64,000 bases of DNA from an uncultured delta proteobacterium (lineage in GTDB: Bacteria > Desulfobacterota > Binatia > DP-6): assembly GCA_963815115.1 (NCBI GenBank), contig CAWFFN010000005.1, positions 768,001 through 832,000 on the forward strand, written 5' to 3'. Shown here piece by piece: positions 58,981 to 64,000 of the stretch. Both the position numbers and the translations under genes were made by a program. Below the pieces are notes generated by a model that did no database searches, was not told the DNA's origin, and was given only the letters and a program-made list of their open reading frames with translations. Every line of letters starts with the position of its first letter. The stretch's first letter is position 1.

Positions 58981-59505
58981 ATGACGCCGGAGGAGGTCAT
59001 GGCGCGCGTCGCGACGCTGCTGCCCGCCGCCGTGCCGGCGCCCGCGGACCAGGTGCGCGGGGCGGCCGTCGTCATCGTCGCGCGCGACGGGGTGCTCGAT
59101 GCGCTGCGCGCGCTGCGCGACGATGCCGAGCTCGCTCTCGACGCGCTGTCCGACCTGACCGCGGTCGACTACCTCGGACGCGAGCCGCGCTTCGAGGTCG
59201 TCTACCAGCTGAACTCGCTCACCCATCATCATCGGCTCCGGGTCAAGGCGCCGGTTCCCGGCGACGATCCCACCATCACCAGCGCCACACCGCTCTGGAA
59301 CGCGGCCCTGTGGGCCGAGCGCGAGGTGTGGGATCTCTTCGGCATCCGCTTCGCCGGACATCCCGATCTGCGCCGCATCCTCATGTATCCCGAGTTCGAG
59401 GGCCACCCGCTGCGCAAGGACTACCCGGTGAATCGCCGCCAGCCGCTCGTGCCGGAGCGCGATCCCGTACGCGAGCCGTGGTATCCGCGCGTGGAGGGCC
59501 GCTAG
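58981..59505 (+). CDS. nuoC: NADH-quinone oxidoreductase subunit C
   Basis: DLTAVDY, RFEVVYQL, EREVWDLFGIRFAGHPDLRRILM..FEGHPLRKDYP. Confidence 0.95.
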   Translation: MTPEEVMARVATLLPAAVPAPADQVRGAAVVIVARDGVLDALRALRDDAELALDALSDLTAVDYLGREPRFEVVYQLNSLTHHHRLRVKAPVPGDDPTITSATPLWNAALWAEREVWDLFGIRFAGHPDLRRILMYPEFEGHPLRKDYPVNRRQPLVPERDPVREPWYPRVEGR

Positions 59506-59507
59506 CC

Positions 59508-60731
59508 ATGCCGCACACGCCGGGCTCGCTCATGCCCGATCGCTTCGAGGAGACCGATCGGGGCGCGAGCGACGTGATGGAGATCCAGATGGGACCGTCG
59601 CATCCGGCGTCCCACGGCACCATCAAGTTCAATCTCCGGCTCGACGGCGAGACCATCCTCGATATCGACGTGGAGATCGGCTACCTGCACCGCGGCTTCG
59701 AGAAGATGTGCGAGCAGGGCACCTGGAATCACTGCGTGCCCTACGCGGACCGGCTGAACTACGCCTCGCCCATCCTGAACAACGTCGGCTTCGCGCTCGC
59801 GCTCGAGAAGCTGGCCGGCATCACCGCGCCCGAGCGCGCCCAGTACATCCGGGTGATCGGCGGCGAGATCTCCCGCATCACCGATCACCTCACCTGCCTC
59901 GGCATGGCCGTGCAGGAGGTGGGGGCGACCTCGGCCGGGTTCTACCTCATCGAGGCGCGCGAGTTCCTGTACGATCTGGTGGAGGCGCTGACGGGCGCCC
60001 GGCTGACCGTCACCTACTGCCGCCTCGGCGGCGTCATGAACGATCTCCCGGCGGACGTGGGGGACCGCATCCGCGCGGCCTTCCGGAACCTGCGCGGAGT
60101 GCTCACGGACTGCGACAAGCTCCTGTCGCGCAGTCGCATCTTCGTCGATCGCATGCGGGGCGTCGGCGCCATCGGTGCGAAGGAAGCCGTGTCGTGGGGG
60201 CTCACCGGACCGCTCCTGCGCGCGACGGGCGTGTCGTACGACGTCCGCAAGGCCGAGCCCTATCTCGTCTACGACCGCTTCGAGTTCGACGTCCCGACCG
60301 GGACCCGCGGCGACAACTACGACCGCTTCCTGGTGCGCTTCGCCGAGATGCAGCAGAGCATGCACATCATCGAGCAGGCGCTGGCCCAGATCCCGGATGG
60401 TCCGATCATGGCCGACCACCCGCGCTACGTGCTGCCGCCCAAGCACGCGGTCTACACCTCCATCGAGGGCCTCATGGACCACTTCATGCTCGTCATCGAG
60501 GGCAGCAAGATTCCGCCGGGCGAGGTGTATGTCGCGACCGAGGGCGGCAACGGCGAGCTCGGCTTCTATCTGGTGAGCGACGGCAGCGGGCGCCCGTACC
60601 GCGTCCGCGTTCGCCCGCCGTGCTTCTACGCGATGTCGGCGCTCGGCGACATGCTGCGCGGAGCCATGATAGCCGACATCATCACGACCTTCGGCCAGAT
60701 CAACATGATCGGGGGCGAGTGTGACCGCTGA
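59508..60731 (+). CDS. nuoD: NADH-quinone oxidoreductase subunit D
   Basis: MGPSHPASHG, IGYLHRGFEK, DRLNY, GELGFY, IGGECDR. Confidence 0.96.
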   Translation: MPHTPGSLMPDRFEETDRGASDVMEIQMGPSHPASHGTIKFNLRLDGETILDIDVEIGYLHRGFEKMCEQGTWNHCVPYADRLNYASPILNNVGFALALEKLAGITAPERAQYIRVIGGEISRITDHLTCLGMAVQEVGATSAGFYLIEAREFLYDLVEALTGARLTVTYCRLGGVMNDLPADVGDRIRAAFRNLRGVLTDCDKLLSRSRIFVDRMRGVGAIGAKEAVSWGLTGPLLRATGVSYDVRKAEPYLVYDRFEFDVPTGTRGDNYDRFLVRFAEMQQSMHIIEQALAQIPDGPIMADHPRYVLPPKHAVYTSIEGLMDHFMLVIEGSKIPPGEVYVATEGGNGELGFYLVSDGSGRPYRVRVRPPCFYAMSALGDMLRGAMIADIITTFGQINMIGGECDR

Positions 60732-61218
60732 CGGCGAGCGGCCGCGGTTCTCCGACGCCGCGCTGGCCGAGCATCGCGAGATCCTGTCGCGCTATCCCGA
60801 GCGCCGGGCGGCCCTCATGCCGACGCTGTGGCTCGCGCAGCGCGAGTTCGGCTGGCTGTCGCTTCCGGTGCAGGAGTACGTCGCGGAGCTCATGGAGATG
60901 CCGCTCCCCTGGGTCACGTCGGTGGTCTCCTTCTACACGATGTACTGGCAGGAACCGAAGGGCCGCTGGCATCTCCAGGTGTGCGTCAACCTGTCGTGCG
61001 CGCTGCGTGGCGCGGGCGCGCTGTGCGACGTGATCACGCGTCGCCTCGGCATCGAGCCCGGGCAGCGCACGGAGGACGGCCGCTTCTCGTTCGAGGAGGT
61101 CGAGTGCCTGGCGAGCTGTGGCACCGCTCCCGTGATGCAGGTGAGCAACGCCGAGTATCACGAGCGTCTCGACCCCGCGGCGCTCGAGGCGCTCCTCGAT
61201 CGCTTCGCCGCCGCGTGA
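60721..61218 (+). CDS. nuoE: NADH-quinone oxidoreductase subunit E
   Basis: SFYTMY, VCVNLSCALRG, VECLASCGTAP ([2Fe-2S] Cys pattern). Confidence 0.93.
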   Translation: MTADGERPRFSDAALAEHREILSRYPERRAALMPTLWLAQREFGWLSLPVQEYVAELMEMPLPWVTSVVSFYTMYWQEPKGRWHLQVCVNLSCALRGAGALCDVITRRLGIEPGQRTEDGRFSFEEVECLASCGTAPVMQVSNAEYHERLDPAALEALLDRFAAA

Positions 61219-61221
61219 CGC

Positions 61222-62319
61222 ATGGGCCTCGACGTCGCCATCGCCTGCGCCAAGGCGGTCGTCATCCTGCTCATCGCCCTCCAGGTCATGGGGATGGGCG
61301 TCTTCTTCGAGCGCAAGGTGAGCGCCATCATCCAGGACCGGATCGGAGCCAACCGCGCCGCCATCCTGGGCTTCGCCGGGCACGGCCTGATCAACACGCT
61401 GGTCGCGGACCCGCTCAAGTTCCTCTTGAAGGAGGACGTCCGCCCGGCCGGCGCGGACCGCTTCCTGCACACGCTCGCCCCGCTGGCCGCGGTCATCCCG
61501 GCGCTCGCCGCCTTCGCCGTGGTGCCGTTCGGCGACGTGCTCGAGATCGGCGGTCGCACCATCAACCTCCAGGCGGCGTCGCTCGACGTCGGCATCCTCT
61601 ACATCCTCGCCTTGGCCTCCCTCGGGGTGTACGGCGTCGTACTCGCCGGCTGGGCGTCCAACAACCGCTGGTCGCTGCTGGGCGGCATCCGCGGTTCGGC
61701 GCAGATGATCTCCTACGAGATCGCGATGGGCCTCGCGCTCATCGGCGTCGTCCTCACCTACGACACCCTCGATCTGCAGGAGATGGCCCGGCGGCAGGGA
61801 GAGCTCCTCTGGGGCTGGCTCCCCGCCTGGGGCATCCTGTACCAGCCCCTGGGCTTCCTGATCCTCTTCGTCGCCGGCATCGCGGAGTCGAAGCGTATCC
61901 CCTTCGACCTGCCCGAGAGCGAGTCCGAGCTGGTGAGCGGCTTCTTCACCGAGTACTCGGGGGCGAAGCATCTGATGTTCATGATGTCCGACTTCGTCGA
62001 GGTGGTGCTGGTGGCGGCGCTCGTCACCACGCTCTTCTTCGGCGGCTGGCAGATCCCGTACCTCGGCCGCGAGGGCTTCCATTTCCCGTGGGGAACGACC
62101 ATCGCGCTGCCGTCGCTCGTCGTCGCGATCCTCCAGATCCTCTCGTTCTCGGTGAAGCTCGTCTTCTTCACGTGGCTGCAGATCGTCATCCGCTGGACGC
62201 TGCCGCGCTTCCGCTACGACCAGCTCATGCGCCTCGGCTGGAAGGGACTGCTGCCGCTGTCGCTCCTGAACGTCGTCGTGTCCGCGGCCCTGGTGCTCCT
62301 GCGCGAGGGCCGGACGTGA
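61222..62319 (+). CDS. nuoH: NADH-quinone oxidoreductase subunit H
   Basis: [56 protein letters not shown]. Confidence 0.96.
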   Translation: MGLDVAIACAKAVVILLIALQVMGMGVFFERKVSAIIQDRIGANRAAILGFAGHGLINTLVADPLKFLLKEDVRPAGADRFLHTLAPLAAVIPALAAFAVVPFGDVLEIGGRTINLQAASLDVGILYILALASLGVYGVVLAGWASNNRWSLLGGIRGSAQMISYEIAMGLALIGVVLTYDTLDLQEMARRQGELLWGWLPAWGILYQPLGFLILFVAGIAESKRIPFDLPESESELVSGFFTEYSGAKHLMFMMSDFVEVVLVAALVTTLFFGGWQIPYLGREGFHFPWGTTIALPSLVVAILQILSFSVKLVFFTWLQIVIRWTLPRFRYDQLMRLGWKGLLPLSLLNVVVSAALVLLREGRT

Positions 62320-62807
62320 GCATCCCGCTGTTCCTGATCTTCGCGGCGCTCACGGTCGCGTCGGCCCTGGTGGTCGTCCTCCACCGCAATCCCGTCTACT
62401 GCGCCCTCGGGCTGGTCTCCACCCTCTTCCTGCTGGCGCTCCTCTTCATCGGGCTCGAGGCCCACATGGTGGCCGTCCTCCAGATCATCGTCTACGCGGG
62501 CGCGATCGTCGTCCTCTTCCTGTTCGTCATCATGCTGCTCAATCTCCAGGTGGAGGAGCGTGCGACGGTCCCTCGACCGCTGTTCGCGGTGGCCACCGCG
62601 GGCGGACTTCTCCTCGGCGCCCTCGTGCTGGTCGGCATCGCCCGGACGCCGCTCGCCGCGCCGATGCCGGTGCACGCGGACTACGGCGGCACCGAGCCGC
62701 TCGCGGAACGGCTCTTCACGACGTACCTGCTGCCCTTCGAGCTCACCTCCCTCCTTCTCCTCGTGGCCATCGTCGGCGCCGTGGTCGTCGGGAAGCGGAG
62801 AGCCTGA
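62316..62807 (+). CDS. nuoJ: NADH-quinone oxidoreductase subunit J
   Basis: [46 protein letters not shown]. Confidence 0.95.
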   Translation: MSIPLFLIFAALTVASALVVVLHRNPVYCALGLVSTLFLLALLFIGLEAHMVAVLQIIVYAGAIVVLFLFVIMLLNLQVEERATVPRPLFAVATAGGLLLGALVLVGIARTPLAAPMPVHADYGGTEPLAERLFTTYLLPFELTSLLLLVAIVGAVVVGKRRA

Positions 62808-62809
62808 GC

Positions 62810-63111
62810 GTGGGCGAGACGCCGATCTCCTGGTATCTCGTGCTGAGCGCCGCGCTGTTCGCCATCGGCACGGTCGGCGTGCTCACCCGGCGCAACCTGA
62901 TCGTCGTCTTCATGGCGATCGAGCTGCTGCTCAACGCCGTCAACCTGAGCTTCGTGGCCTTCGCCCGCGGCCTCGGGTCCATGGACGGGCAGGTGATCGT
63001 GTTCTTCGTCATGGCGGTCGCGGCGGCCGAGGCGGCGGTCGGGCTGGCCATCATGCTCCAGCTCTACCGCCTGCGGGAGACCCTCAACGCGGACGAGGTG
63101 ACGACGCTGCG

Positions 63112-63118
<7 letters not shown>
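62810..63118 (+). CDS. nuoK: NADH-quinone oxidoreductase subunit K
   Basis: [29 protein letters not shown]. Confidence 0.96.

Positions 63119-64000
<882 letters not shown>

Overview
High-GC bacterial chromosomal segment. Gene content and the Cys-rich/Thr-linker secreted proteins suggest a delta-proteobacteria-like lineage such as Ca. Binatota (inference). The backbone is mostly housekeeping: thiS/thiG/thiE, alr-purH-purD-tsaC, thyX, MoxR/VWA, rlmD, dciA, class II RNR nrdJ with two NrdR boxes, amgK-murU and a partial nuo operon. Highlights: (1) a translationally coupled HIT / EgtD-EgtB fusion / enolase-superfamily operon with no egtA/C/E in the window, a candidate variant ergothioneine-type pathway; (2) a ~9.5 kb island (about 27147-36628) bounded by ~125-bp degenerate direct repeats of the VWA 3' end plus the Rieske start, carrying an IS remnant, an O-acyltransferase, a NamH/CMAH-like MBL protein and a sialate O-acetylesterase; (3) a GcvH homolog with Arg in place of the lipoyl Lys; (4) a 26-aa Lys-rich micropeptide under a near-consensus sigma70 promoter; (5) a nuo operon lacking exactly the [4Fe-4S] subunits B, F, G and I. 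No CRISPR array, rRNA or tRNA was seen. All family calls come from motif recognition, not database searches.
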